A stretch of 64,000 nt of DNA, from assembly GCF_009914755.1 (NCBI RefSeq), contig NC_060928.1, one strand, 5' to 3'. Below the pieces are notes generated by a model, which saw nothing but the letters and a program-made list of their open reading frames with translations, did not search any database and had not been told where the DNA came from. Positions 34,247-46,590 of the stretch are shown piece by piece (position 1 is the first letter of the stretch; the number at the start of each line of letters is the position of its first letter). Source of the stretch: the human T2T-CHM13v2.0 reference genome, Homo sapiens. Made by a program: the position numbers and the translations under genes.

Positions 34247-37200
34247 AACTAAGACTCTTAAATAAGAAAAAAGCAACACAGAACTGCTGGAGGTTGAATA
34301 AGACACAGCAAGTACTGGAGCTAGAAGGTTTTGGAGACTTCATCCAGCATCCTGTCTCTCATGCAGAAGAATGCCTCACGGGTTGCCCAAATTTCCCATT
34401 GTTACACATGAAAAGGAAGATTGACTGTTGTTTATTTTTTACAGATTACAGATAGAGAGTAAAATTACAGATTACAGATAGAAAGTAAAATTCTAAAAAG
34501 AATATCAATTTCAATATATTTCCTGAAGGAGAAAAAAAGAAACTATGTGTAGACAAAATTTGATAACCAATATACCTTTCATATGCTAAATCATTAATGC
34601 ATTTTCTGCTTAAATGCCAAACAAAGATTAACATGCCCAAAAATATTCAACTTACTTGACACTTTACATAAGAAAAAACAGCAGGCCTCTCCCTTAGTGA
34701 GACTCTGCTTCATGGGTATTTATAGATGGAGTAGAATAACAAATCATTAGGACATTTTTGAGAGGGGAAAAAAGCATGAATAACTACACTTATTATATTT
34801 CATGTGTCAGTCTACTATCTCAGCATTTATAGAGCCCACAGGAGGAATTTCTTGATATTTCTTCTCAGTTAAAACCAGCTGGTAAAATTTATAGTTTTTC
34901 TGGTTCACAGAAAACTATGACCTTTGTACAGGAAGGGTGTTGGGCTTTTAGTAAGTGGAGAATAAATGATATTACCAAGAAATATTACTTTTCAACTTAT
35001 TTTATACTAGCTCTATGCCACAGTCTAACTTCGATGCTCCCCAGTACCTTCTAAAATCTTAAAAAAGAAATCATATTCATCTTACAGAATGACTATCTCA
35101 AGGGAGGAACAATTTTCTAAGTTAGATAAAGTTTCTTTTAGATAAAGCCAGGTTGTACCTGCACACAAATATCTCTTAACAAAACATTATACTTGCTAGC
35201 TAAGGTAAAGCTTACTAGTGAGTTCTAGTATATGTTGCTCCACATCAATATTTAATATTTTTCCATAAATATGGACAGCAGAAAACATAGAGGAAGTGGA
35301 TTAATTTGGATTGTTTATTAAGTGACACATGCAGGAGACCAAAGAATAAGGTTCAGAATATTTGAGGTGCATTGAAATTACACTTATTGTGATGAGATGA
35401 AGATTCTTATAGCAAGAGTGTTTTCAAGCATGAGGGAGGATTCTGGTGGATTGGCAATGCTCTGTTTCTTAATGTGGATAGTTATTTTGTGAAAATCAGT
35501 GAATTTTTTGTTGCACTCTTCGATGTATTTGTTATATTTCACAGTAAAAAAAATTAAACAAAAAAAGAACATCACTCATTTCTTCTCCCTGCTGTAAACA
35601 CCTTAAAATTACATTGAAAGGATTTTTTAAAGTTAGAAACAAAAGAACAAAGAGAATAGGGGAGGATAAAACAGAAAAAAAGAGAAATGTCAATTAAATT
35701 TTGGAAGGTGGAAATCACATAAACTTATAATGACTGACTTAGAAGACAAGAGAAAACTATATGCCTGCAGGAAAAAGACAAGATGCAAGCCTTAAAGAAC
35801 CAGGAAAAGGCTCCAAAGTTGGGTCTATCAGATACGCCTAAAGTTGGGGTGCTAGTGGGACTAAAAATGGAAGAATTGGTTATCAGTCTGTATAAAAAAC
35901 AGCTAAGTTCTTAGATGCCCTCTATCACCACAGCAAAAGACTATAGAGATTGAACCATAGGAACTCTGGACTAGGAGTTGTCCAGCACAGTCGAGGCCAG
36001 TGAAGCCATACTTCGTAAAATTCTGGACTACTTGAGCCCTCCCTGACTTGACTCCTTGTGTGCTGGCAGTGAGCCTTATAACCTCTAGACAGGAAAGTAA
36101 ACAATTTCCATCTGAGAAAACTGACCATGTATAAAGAAAAGAACCACACAAAGTTAAGTATGAACAGCAAGGCAGCGTGCTGCCCACCAAAACAGCCTAA
36201 AGAGAAGACCCTCAATTGGCAGACCCTTCAGGCACACACAAACACACACACATACACACATGCACACATGCATACACGCAGCTTTCATTCATCTCTTTAA
36301 GCCCTCATTCTTAACTAAGAACAGGAAAATTTACCAGATATTTGAAAATATACATATATTTGATATGGATGATTATAAAAAAATTAATAAAAATGGAGCT
36401 CAGAGGAAATAGTCCATACAAAGAAAAAAATTAAACTTTTAAACAATGAAATTAATATCCTCAGAGATAAGAGAAGATATTAAACTCATGAAACAAGAAT
36501 AGAATATAATAAAAAAGAAACATTAAAAGAGAAAAAACTTCTGAAAAATTAAAATTATGATTGCAGAAATTAAATATGAATTTTTAGATTAAAAATAATT
36601 TAGTACTGGGATCAATGAAAAATTTGATGATACTAAGAATAAAGAAAAGATCCTAAAAGCCTCCAAAGAGTAAAACAGATGCAAACAAAAAAAAAAGGAA
36701 ATTACAATGTCATCAGACTTCTCAATTAAGCAATACTTCTCAGTTAAGCAATACTTAACTCTAGCAAAAAAATGGCATAGTATCTTAAAATTCTGAGGGA
36801 AATTAACTTCCAACCTAGAATTCTACAAACATCCAAGTTTGAAAGCAAATAGGAATGTAAAATAAAGGTATTTTCAGTCCTATAAGTTCTCAAAACATGT
36901 ACCTCTCATGCATCTATTCTAGGAAGCTACTAGAAGATGTATTCCACCACAACTGGAGAGTAAAGCAAGTAAAGGAATATAAGAGGCCCAGAAAACACCA
37001 GAGAGTGAAGAAGTAAATGTGTAGAATATTAGTTAACAGAAGTCCCGAGACAAAACCGTGTAGGAGAGAGAAAGACAGCTGCTTGCCTACATTGAAAGAG
37101 GAGGAAGGAAAGCTTCAGAAAGGTTGGCCCTAAGGAAAATATTAAACTGATAGATTACATGATGTGTCTGAATATATGGAGAGGAAATTCACATTTCTAA

Positions 37201-38352
37201 CATTAAATTTGAGGATAAATTAGTGATAAGTACAAAGAAAACTAAGGAAATCAGTAAATATTTAGTGAAGAGAAAGAAAAAGTTTACAAAAGAGACCTTC
37301 AGCTTCCAGCCAAGATGGATTGACAGAGACTAGGCCTCTTACTCTACCACCTGAAACAAACAAAAAAAAGGCAAATTATATGAAACAATGGTTTTCAAGA
37401 CACTGGACATTAGATGGCAAAACACAGCATTCTCTGGGAGAACACTCCCTCCAACAAAAGCATAAAGCATAATACATATTCTTTTCAAGTGCACAAAAAA
37501 CACACCATATTATGGGCCATAAAAAAAGTCTTGATGGCAAATAAGCATATGAAAAGATGTTCAACATCATACAACATTCAGGAATTGCAACTAAAACAGC
37601 AATGAGATACCACTATATACCTACTAGAATGGCTGAAATCCAAAACATCAATACCACCAAATGCTGATGAGGATATGAAGCAACAGAAACTCTCATTCAC
37701 TGCTGGTGGGAATGCAAAATGGTACAACCACTTTGGAAGACAGTTTTTCAGTTTTCCACAAAACTAAATATATTTTTACCATACAATCCAGCAATCATGA
37801 TCCTTGGTATTTATCCAAATTAGTTGAAAACATATGTCTGCACAAAAATTTGCGTGAAAAAGTTTACAGCTGCTTGATTCATAATTGCCAAAATTAAAGC
37901 AACCAAGATGTCCTTCAGCAGGTTAATGGATAAATAAACTGGTACATCCAGACAACTGGAATACAATTCAGCAGTAAAATGAAATGAACTGTCAAGTCCC
38001 AAAAAGACATGAAGGAAACATAAATGCATATTACTAACTGAAAGAAGCAGAAGAGGATTAACTAGGAATAAATCTGATCAAATATGTGAAAGACTTGTAC
38101 ACTAAAGACTTCAAAATATTCTTGAGAGAAATTAAAGAAATGTATCTTGTATCAATTCTCCCAAATTGGTCTATAGATTAATGAAATTCAATGAAAAATC
38201 TGACCACGAATTTTTCAAGAAATTTACAAGCTGATTCTAAAATTCACTGTAAATGCAGAGGACCTAGGATAGCAACAACAATTTGGAAAAAAAAACGAAG
38301 TTGATAGGCTAACAATTCCTGACTTCAAAACTCATCATAAGGCTACAGTAAA

Positions 38353-38885
38353 ATGCTTGGCTGAGAGTGCAGCCTTCTATTGCCTGCTATGCTTCCCACA
38401 GCCACAGAGAATCCAGGTCAACCCTGTGGGGACAGCAAGGAGGCTGGAGTTAGGGGAGTGAGATGTCTGTCAGGCCTCTGATGGACTTCCTGATGCAGCT
38501 GGAAGATTACACATCTACCAATCCACAGGCAGTAACTGGTTACTACCTAAGCCATCCTGGCTTTGAGGCCTCAGACTCACAAATAAGTCAGTTTAGCTCC
38601 TTAGCTGCCCATAAATTCATCTCAGGTATTGCCAACTATGCCTTATAGCACTAAAAAATGAAGGGCAAAGCCCCTAGCAGCTCATGAAACAAGAGCAAAG
38701 ACCACACGTACACCCAAACCATGGAAATCTTGACTCCTGCCCTTAGGAAGTATGGCATCAATATGAAGAAGCTGTACTACTTCTCCTGAGTCACCCAACC
38801 AAAATGTATTTGTCTGTTTTCTTGTCCCCACACCAGCTTATTTTCATAATAAACTTTGTTGTGACAGGCAAAAAAAAAAAAAAAC
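38353..38885 (+). pseudogene. TAF10: TAF10 processed pseudogene with internal deletion
   Basis: PLMDFLMQLEDYTSTNPQAVTGYYLSHPGFEASD...SLAAHKFISGIANYAL matches TAF10. Intronless, with premature stops, AATAAA at 38848, poly(A) at 38870-38884 and TSD acagtaaa. The symbol is that of the parent gene. Confidence 0.93.
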
Positions 38886-39062
38886 ACAGTAAAGACAATA
38901 TGATATTGGTGTGAAGATACATAAATAGATGAATGGAATAGAATAGATAGCTAGAAGTAGACCCACATTTATACAGAAACTGATTTTTTATTTAAAAAAT
39001 GGAAAGGAAATTCAGTGGAATAGAAAGTCTTTTCAACAAATAATGTTGGAACAACTGGCTAT

Positions 39063-39579
39063 GGTAGGGGAGAAAAGTAATACCTTTCTTCACCCATCGC
39101 TAGGCTCACAGCTGAAACCTCTATAACAACAGACAGATTAACAAGAGAAAAGCATAAAAATTTTTATAAGTTCTATGTGACGCAGGATCCTTCAGAAATG
39201 CAGTCCCAAAGAAATGGGGAAACCTGTGTATTTTTATGAAACCTGTGCATTTTATGGACAGTCATGCAGATGATTGAAGGACAGAAGGATATGGTCTAAT
39301 GTAATAAACTGGGGGAAACTTAGCAAGTCCTGTTTGTTAGATTCTTATTGATGTCTCTGTATCTTCAAAGATAAGGACATTCTTCTTTTCTGGGTATAGG
39401 GAGAACCCCTCTGGAATCAGATATTATAACATATTTTCAGGGAAAGCCAGCTAAGTTTATGGCCTGCTTCAGGGGATAAGGAGTGAGGGTAATTCTTTCT
39501 AGTTTCTGTGGCCTGGTTCTGCTGTTTCGTCAAATGGCATAGTGCCATATTTTGGGGTAGCCTGTCCTATAGCCCATCA
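39063..39579 (-). mobile_element. MER34/MER39-family ERV1 solo LTR inserted in L1M
   Basis: Minus strand starts tgatgggct...gctaccccaaaatatggcac. TSD ctat/ttat. The L1 sequence resumes afterwards. Confidence 0.75.
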
Positions 39580-41761
39580 TTATCCATATGCAGAAAAAGA
39601 GCTTTGATTTATATCTCATACCATACGGAAATTAATCCAAAATGAATCTTAAGCCTAAGTGTAAATACAAAGCTATAAAACTTCTACAAGAAAACATAGG
39701 AAAAAAATCTTTGTGATCTTTAGTTAGGCAAAGATTTCTTAGATACACCACCATAAACACAATCTATAAAAGAAAAAAGTAATAAAATGGACTTTATCAA
39801 AATTTTTAACTTTTGCTTTTCAAAAGTTTTCTGAAGTTAAGAGAATGAAGACAAGCCACAAACAGGGCTAAAATATTTCTAAATCATAGATCTGATAAAT
39901 GACTTGTTTCAGAATATATCAAGAACTTAAATCTCAACCGTAAGGAAATTTTTAATATCCAATTTTTTAAATGAGCAATTTCAACATACACTTTACTAAA
40001 AAAGATACATAGATGGCAAATAACATGAAAAGATGTTATCATTAGTCATTAGGGCAATACAAATTATGTAATATATTATATATTACAAATATATAATTAT
40101 TTATAAACAATATATTTGGAAATATGTATTTGTAAATATATAGTAATATATATTTGCAAATATTTGTAATACATAAGATAATATATATTGCAAATTATAT
40201 ATTGTATTATATCATTACTCATTAGAGCAACACAAATTTAAATTGCAATGAGATGCAAATACACACTGATTAGAATGTCTAAAATTAAAAAGACAGAAGA
40301 CTGCCAATATGAAGTGTTGGTGAGGATGTGGAAGAATCGGAGCTCTCCTACACTGCTGATAAGAATACAAAATAATACAACCACTTTGGAAAACAGTTTG
40401 GTAGTTTCTTAAAAAGTTAAACATCTACCTACCATATGATACAACCATTTCACCCCTAGGTACTTACCCAAGAGAAATGAAAACATACGCCCATACAAAG
40501 ATGTGTGCATGGATGTTCATAACAGTTTTATTTGTAATGGCCAAAAACAGGAAACAACCCAAATGTCCAATAGGTGAATGAAGGGATAAACAAATTGTAG
40601 TACATCCATACAATGTAATACAATTCAGCAATTAAAAAAATAAAATTACTGTGAAGTGCAGCAACATGGGGACTACATACTCTGTGATTTCATTATGCAA
40701 AATTCTTGAAAATGCAAACTAATCTATACAACAAAAAGCATATCAGTGGTTTCCTAAAGGGTGATAGGCAGTAAAGAGGGATTAGAAAAGGAAACAAGGA
40801 AACGTTGAGGGATTAGTATATTCAATGTCTTCATTGTGATAATAGTTTCATGGGCGTAAACATATATCAAATTTTATCAAGTTTTCCACTTTAAGTTTGC
40901 AAAGTATTGTGTTATATATTATATCTCAATAAAGCGGTTTTTGAAAGCTATGAATCAAATAAAAATAATCATAGATTTGAATAATATTTATATAGTCATA
41001 ATAATATAACCACTGGCTATTAGTTTAATGAAAATTGTGACATATTTTTGGTGGGGAGACCAGAGGCTGGGTTGTTTCATTTGCATTTTTCTGATTTCTA
41101 GTAAGGTTTTGCATCTCTTCATATATTCATTGGTCATTTGGATATTTTTTCCCTTCTGCGAATTGTTTGTTCATGCACTTTGCCTGTGTTATCCCTGCTG
41201 ATTGGCAGGAGTTCCTTGTATATTCTAGATATTAATCCCTTTTTAATTATATATGCTGCCCTATCTTCGCTCAGGCTATCCCTGACAGTTAACATTTTCT
41301 AACTCCTTGCCTTTCTTTGAAGGCCACCTAACCTTCCCTGTCCAAAACACTAGGCAGGTCATAGTGTCAATTGTCTTTATCCCTCAGTACTGTCTTTAAA
41401 TATAATATCCTGAATAAACTAAAAAATATCCTCAAAGGTCATATGAGTCTATAAGATAGATGTCTCATTAAAGAGTTTTCCTGAAGAATAACTGCCCCAG
41501 CCAGAGAAATTTATACCTGGCTTTAGAAAACTGCAAGCTATGTCAAATTGGAGATAAAGAAAATAATGTGTTGTTAAACTTGGTCCACCCTCCCAAATTT
41601 CCCCACATCCACTTATTTGCTTATGAGGCAGTAAAGTACAGTGGTAAACCTTTGGAGTCTGATAGACATTATTTCAAATCCCAGAGTCTTCATTTTCTAG
41701 GTAAAAATGAGGTTGGTAAATACCTACCTCACAAGACTGTTTCCATGCTTAAGTATGATAG

Positions 41762-42489
41762 TGTGTCTGGAATTTATTCCTTCCAGTGGGTTCTTGGTCT
41801 CACTGACATCAAGAATGAAGCCACGGACCTTCGCGGTGAGTGTTACAGCTCTTAAAAATGGTGTGTCTGGAGTTTGTTCCTTCATATGTTCAGATGTGTC
41901 TAGAGTTTCTTCCTTCTGGTGGGTTCACGGTCTTGCTGACTTCAGGAGTGAAGCCACAGACCTTTGCAATGCGTGTTACAGCTCTTAAAGGTGGCATGTC
42001 TGGAGTTGTTTGTTCCTCCCAGTGGGTTCGTGGTTTCACTGACCTCAGTAGTGAAGCCGCAGACTCTCGCGTTGAGTGTTACAGCTTATAAAGGTAGTGT
42101 TGTCTCACAGAGTGAGCAGCAGCAAGATTTATTGTGAAGAGTGAAAGAACAAAGCTTCCACATCACCAAAGGGCACCTGAGCAGGTTACCGTGCTGGCTT
42201 GGGTGGTCACTTTTATTCCCTTATTTGGCCCCACCCATGTCCTGCTGATTGGTCCATTTTACAGAGTGCTGATTTGTCCATTTTACAGAGTGCTGATTGG
42301 TGGATATACAGTCCTTTAGCTAGACACAGAGTGCTGATTGGTGCATTTTTACAGAGTGCTGATTGCTGCATTTACAATCCTTTAGCTAGACACAGAGTGC
42401 TGATTGGTGCACTTACAATCCTTTAGCTAGACAGAAAAGTTCTCCAAGTCCCCACTGGACCCAGGAAGTCCAGCTGGCTTCACCTCTCA
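41762..42489 (-). mobile_element. LTR12 (ERV9) solo LTR inserted in a MIR
   Basis: Minus strand starts TGAGAGGTGAAGCCAGCTGG and ends ccagacaca. Tandem gtgctgattgg (CCAAT) repeats and a perfect TSD ATAG. Confidence 0.95.
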
Positions 42490-42576
42490 ATAGTGCATGG
42501 AAGTGCTTCCTTAGCACAGTATCTAAAGCACAGTACGCACCCAGTAAATGATACCGTTATTATTACCTAGACTGCC

Positions 42577-42940
42577 TGTATTAGTTTGTTCTTGCAGTGC
42601 TATAAAGGAATACCTGAGGCTGGGTAATTTATAAAGAAAGGAGGCTTAATTGGCTCATAGTTCTGCAGGCTGTACAGGAAGCATGGAGCATGCATCTGCT
42701 AGGTTTCTAGTGAGGCCTCAGGAAGTTTTCAATCATGGCAGAAGGCAAAGGGGGAGCAGGCACGTCACATGGCGAGAGTGGGAGCAAGCAAGAATGCAAG
42801 GGTGGGGGGGTCCTAGACTCTTAAACAACCAAACCATTCATGTGGGATCAATCCCCATGATCCAGTCGCCTCCCACCAGGTTCCTTGGGAATCACATTTC
42901 TACATGAGATTTGGAAGGAACAACTGTCCAAACAATATCA
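42577..42940 (-). mobile_element. MSTA-like MaLR solo LTR
   Basis: tgtattag...gctataaaggaatacctgaggctgggtaatttataaagaaa...gagatttgg...aatatca. 5-bp TSD ctgcc/ccacc. Confidence 0.88.
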
Positions 42941-42990
42941 CCACCTTTCCCCGGTCCACTCTCCCTTTCATCCTGGCAAAAACCCTTCTA

Positions 42991-43092
42991 TTATTTTGTT
43001 GCAAGAGTAATTGCAGTTTTTGCCCTTTTTTTAATTTTTAATTTTTTAAAAAAGTAATGGCAAAAAACACAATTACTTTTGCACCAATCTAC
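42991..43092. mobile_element. MADE1 (Hsmar1-derived MITE)
   Basis: Inverted arms ttgttgcaagagtaattgcagtttttgcc and ggcaaaaaacacaattacttttgcaccaa around an AT spacer. Confidence 0.88.
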
Positions 43093-43140
43093 TTATCCTG
43101 TAAAGCTGAGTTCAAAAGCCGTCTCTTCCATGATAAAGGG

Positions 43141-44165
43141 CACTCGGGCACAGCTCTCGGCACAGCTCCACTGAAGCACGTCTATCACTCACTGAGGCTC
43201 ATTGGGTCATGAATGAGGAACCACCTCCTCCTGCCATTCAAGCATAGGGGCCTATTACATAAAGGGAAGAAAAATAAAAGAAGAAAATGGCTACATTTGT
43301 GATCCATCCTGCCATCACTGCTGACTCCAGTGGTATCTGTGGCTGATCAGGGAACTGGCTAAATATGAATATGTGGGAGACCAAGTAATATTAACTGAAA
43401 AAGATCTGCTAGAGAGTGGTTTCAGAGAGCATCCCTTCCACCACTGTGTGGTTGCAGAGATGCCCAAGAAACACTGGACTCTGGAAAGAAAGAATTACTG
43501 TTGGTTTCACCATGTACTGTTGTACCTATGACCCTTGAATTGGCAAGCTATTGTACTTCTTTGGATGAGTAATGAAAAAGGCTTTGGCATAAATCAGAAA
43601 TTCTGAAGAATTTAAGCCAGGTCACAATGAAGTATCACTGTAGCACCATGCACTTCTTAGTAGCAGAATGAAATGAACCATCTGTTAACCTCTACAAAAG
43701 AAGAGGTGCCCAGGGAAGACAGCTGGAGACCCTTCAAAACCGACAAGGAGTACTTGCTAAAAATGGCAGCAAAGGACTGAAGCGGGGTGTAGATGATGAC
43801 AACATCCATTCTACTTTAGAACAAATTCCCAACTTATCTTGCTTTCTCTCCTGTTTATAGTCAAATAATAGAATGAACACTCATTTCAAAATTTCATTAC
43901 CAGTGGCACTGTTGCATGTTTGGAATGTCGTCTCTTTAAAATGACAAAACTGTATGCAATTTGGAGTAGATTTCTCCTTGAACAACTTTTGATAAACTAG
44001 GTAGTATGGTCTTAACATATATGAAAAAGTCATTCTTTTTTCTTTTTTTTTTTTTGAGAAAAAGTCATTCTTCTAAATCATTTAAATGGGTACGATGTAC
44101 ACACTGGTATTTAGAGTTTCTGTTTTAATTCTTTTTAAATAAACTATCATTTAATCTTAAAAAAA
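43141..44165 (+). pseudogene. SAT1: SAT1 (spermidine/spermine N1-acetyltransferase 1) processed pseudogene
   Basis: From ATG 43287: MATFVIHPA...[32 protein letters not shown]...KEYLLKMAAKD*, stop at 43780, with frameshifts. Intronless, 5' and 3' UTRs present, AATAAA at 44138 and an A remnant. The 5' boundary is approximate. The symbol is that of the parent gene. Confidence 0.93.
44038..44057 (-). mobile_element. Poly(A)-only retrotransposition remnant, probably an extremely truncated Alu
   Basis: A 20-bp T tract ending in ga lies between two perfect 15-bp copies of gaaaaagtcattctt. Confidence 0.8.
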
Positions 44166-45296
44166 CGATATGCAAATCCAGCTCTCACAAACAAGTACAA
44201 GCCAGCTTCAGCACACCACTGTTTAAACTCTATCATCACCCCCAAAATTTTAATCACTCCCTTTTCTGTGGTCTCAAGCACATTATTCGTTTGACTTCTG
44301 TGTATGGGAGAATACTATGATGAGCTCAATACATGACTATTTCCCACAGTAAAATGTGAACTCCCTAAAGTCAGGAATAATTACCCATGTCACCCATTTT
44401 TAACACAATAGTTTTCTTCTGAATATAGCTAGCAACTAGAGTAAGCACTATATATAAATACAAATGATAAAGAGATAAGCCAAAGAAAAGGGAAATAATA
44501 TTGACCAACCGTAAAGAAAACGATCTTTTAAAATCACAAATGAAGAACGGAGGAGGAGGAGAAAGATGAAGAAAAGGAAAACAGGAAGAGGAGAAAAAAG
44601 AAGTGAAGGAGAAAGAGAGGAAAAGATGGTAGAGAAAAAGCCCATAGAAGCTTCTGAATATAACAGTGTCCTACAATATGATCCCTTTTCAAAGTATTTA
44701 AACTGTGCACACCATGTAAATTTCACTGGTGGTCTTTATTTAAATTGCTATAAATTGATATGTATCTATCATTGATTAAAGGCAAAGTGTCAGCCCCATT
44801 TATTTTTATTTTATGTAAAGGAAAATTATGTTCATTTTTCTCAACATGTCATTGTAAAAGCTCACATGGTGAGAAACTTTACTTGTGGGAACTTTCACTT
44901 CTGGGTGAAAATTAAATGCTTAATTAAAATGATTTTTATTGGCCCTCTGTAACACTCACCTTTCTGAAAAGGGTTGTCATATATTGCAACACTTACAATG
45001 AAAAAGGCTAATTCTCCAGTCTAAAAATATTTCCATCCTGCTTTAATGATGGTTTAATAAAGAAAGGAACATATATATTATTCAGCATTTAAATAAAATG
45101 TGGCTTAACCTTTAAGCAGAAGTTTTTCATATTTTTTAAATTTTTTTCTTTGGAACTAAAATAAGACATATTGCATTGATTTAATATTCACATACCTGAA
45201 AAAAATGTTTGCCCTACTCCCTGGGGGCAAAATCATTTTTAAAATTAGAAATGAGTAGTTATGACTTTACACAGTATTCTTGTCTTTTGAATATGT

Positions 45297-46590
45297 TCCA
45301 GTCATCTACTTCTATTTAAAAACCACTCCAAATTAAAGTGGTTTAAAACAACAACAATCATTTTATTATCTTTTATAGTTTCCTTGGGCCAAGAATTTAG
45401 AGTAGGCTCATCTGGGTGGTTCTGGCTTAGGGCCTCTCCTGTATTGCATGTATTATACAAGGACTTAGAACTTTCTGAGTTTTACAAAGAATATTTTAGT
45501 CCTATCTAGCCCTTAAATCTTTGTCCTAAAGCCCGTTTTTGAAAACAGTTTGTTGTCTGAAATGACCGCTCTGAACCTTTTCCATTTTCTATAAATTCCA
45601 CTCAAAACAGAATAATTTGTTCTTTTGTTCATCACCCTCCTTTCATTTTGTCATGGGCAGTAAGAAGCCAGATTGATCCTTCAACATTCCACCTGGAAAT
45701 CTCATAAGCTGGAGAACCACTGAGTTCATTAGGCACATGTTCTACGTTCTACATTCATACAGGCAAGAATTTTGCTAAATTTTCTGTCACTACATAACAA
45801 GGGTTCTCTTTTTTCTAACTTCCTGTTACATTTTCTTCACTTTGCATTAAGCCCTCACAGACAGCCTTCAAGATCCGTTAGGCTTCTGCTAACACTCTCC
45901 TCAAGATCCTTCGAGCTCTCACTGACACCCTCCCTAGGTACTTTGGGATTTCACTAAGTCTCTTCTAAAGGATTCTGTCCACTGCCCAGTGGACAAGCCC
46001 ATAGGTTTTGTTATGTTAGCACTCCATTTCTGCATCAAATCTGCTCCATTAGTCTACTGCTACATGATGAATCACACCAAAAGGTAGTCACTTAAAACAA
46101 CAACTATCATTGTTATCTTTCATTATTTCTGTAGGTCAGAAATTCAGAAAGGGCTCCACTTATGGTTCTGACTGAGAGTTGCTCATTTGCAGTCCACAGT
46201 AGATGGAGCTGGAACAATGGACAGCTGAATCAGCTGGGCTAATGACAGCTAATGTTTCTCTGTCCATGCAGATTCTATGCTTCTCTATGTGGTCTCTCTA
46301 TGTGGACTAATTTGGACTTCCTCACAGCACAGCAGTGCCAGGGCAGCTGATCAGCATACATAGTCTGACTTCCTCTGGAGGAAGCATCCTAGGAGAGCCA
46401 GATAGAATCTTATGGCTTGTTCTGAGTTAGTATCAGAATTCATGCAAAGTCACCTCAACTGCATTCTATTTGTAGGAGCAGTTGTAATCCCACCCAAATT
46501 CAAGATGAGGGAAAGAATTAAACTCCACCTTTTAATGGGGAAGCAGGACAGGATTTATTTTTCAACCATTTTTTGAAAATATAATCTGCT
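45297..46590 (-). mobile_element. MLT1-type MaLR remnant (partial LTR, internal piece, LTR)
   Basis: Two related LTR-like starts (ttaaaacaacaac..tcatt..ttatcttt at ~45343 and ~46092) flank a putative internal segment. Confidence 0.6.

Larger units (their letters stand above)
35600..41000 (+). mobile_element. Mosaic of ancient L1M fragments (5' region, ORF1/ORF2 remnants, 3' ends) with nested insertions
   Basis: A-rich L1-like runs, for example aaaagatgttcaacatca...aatgagataccact, cctgacttcaaaact...gctacagta and aaaacttctacaagaaaacatagg. Subfamilies are not resolved. Confidence 0.75.

Noticed and set aside
42230-42435. CRISPR-like periodic repeats (cagagtgctgattgg)
   Set aside because: These are the normal U3 tandem repeats of LTR12. 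There are no unique spacers or cas genes, and the context is eukaryotic.
44545-44645. Purine-rich tract giving Lys/Glu-rich or hydrophobic ORFs
   Set aside because: Low-complexity GA-rich sequence; the ORFs are a by-product of composition.
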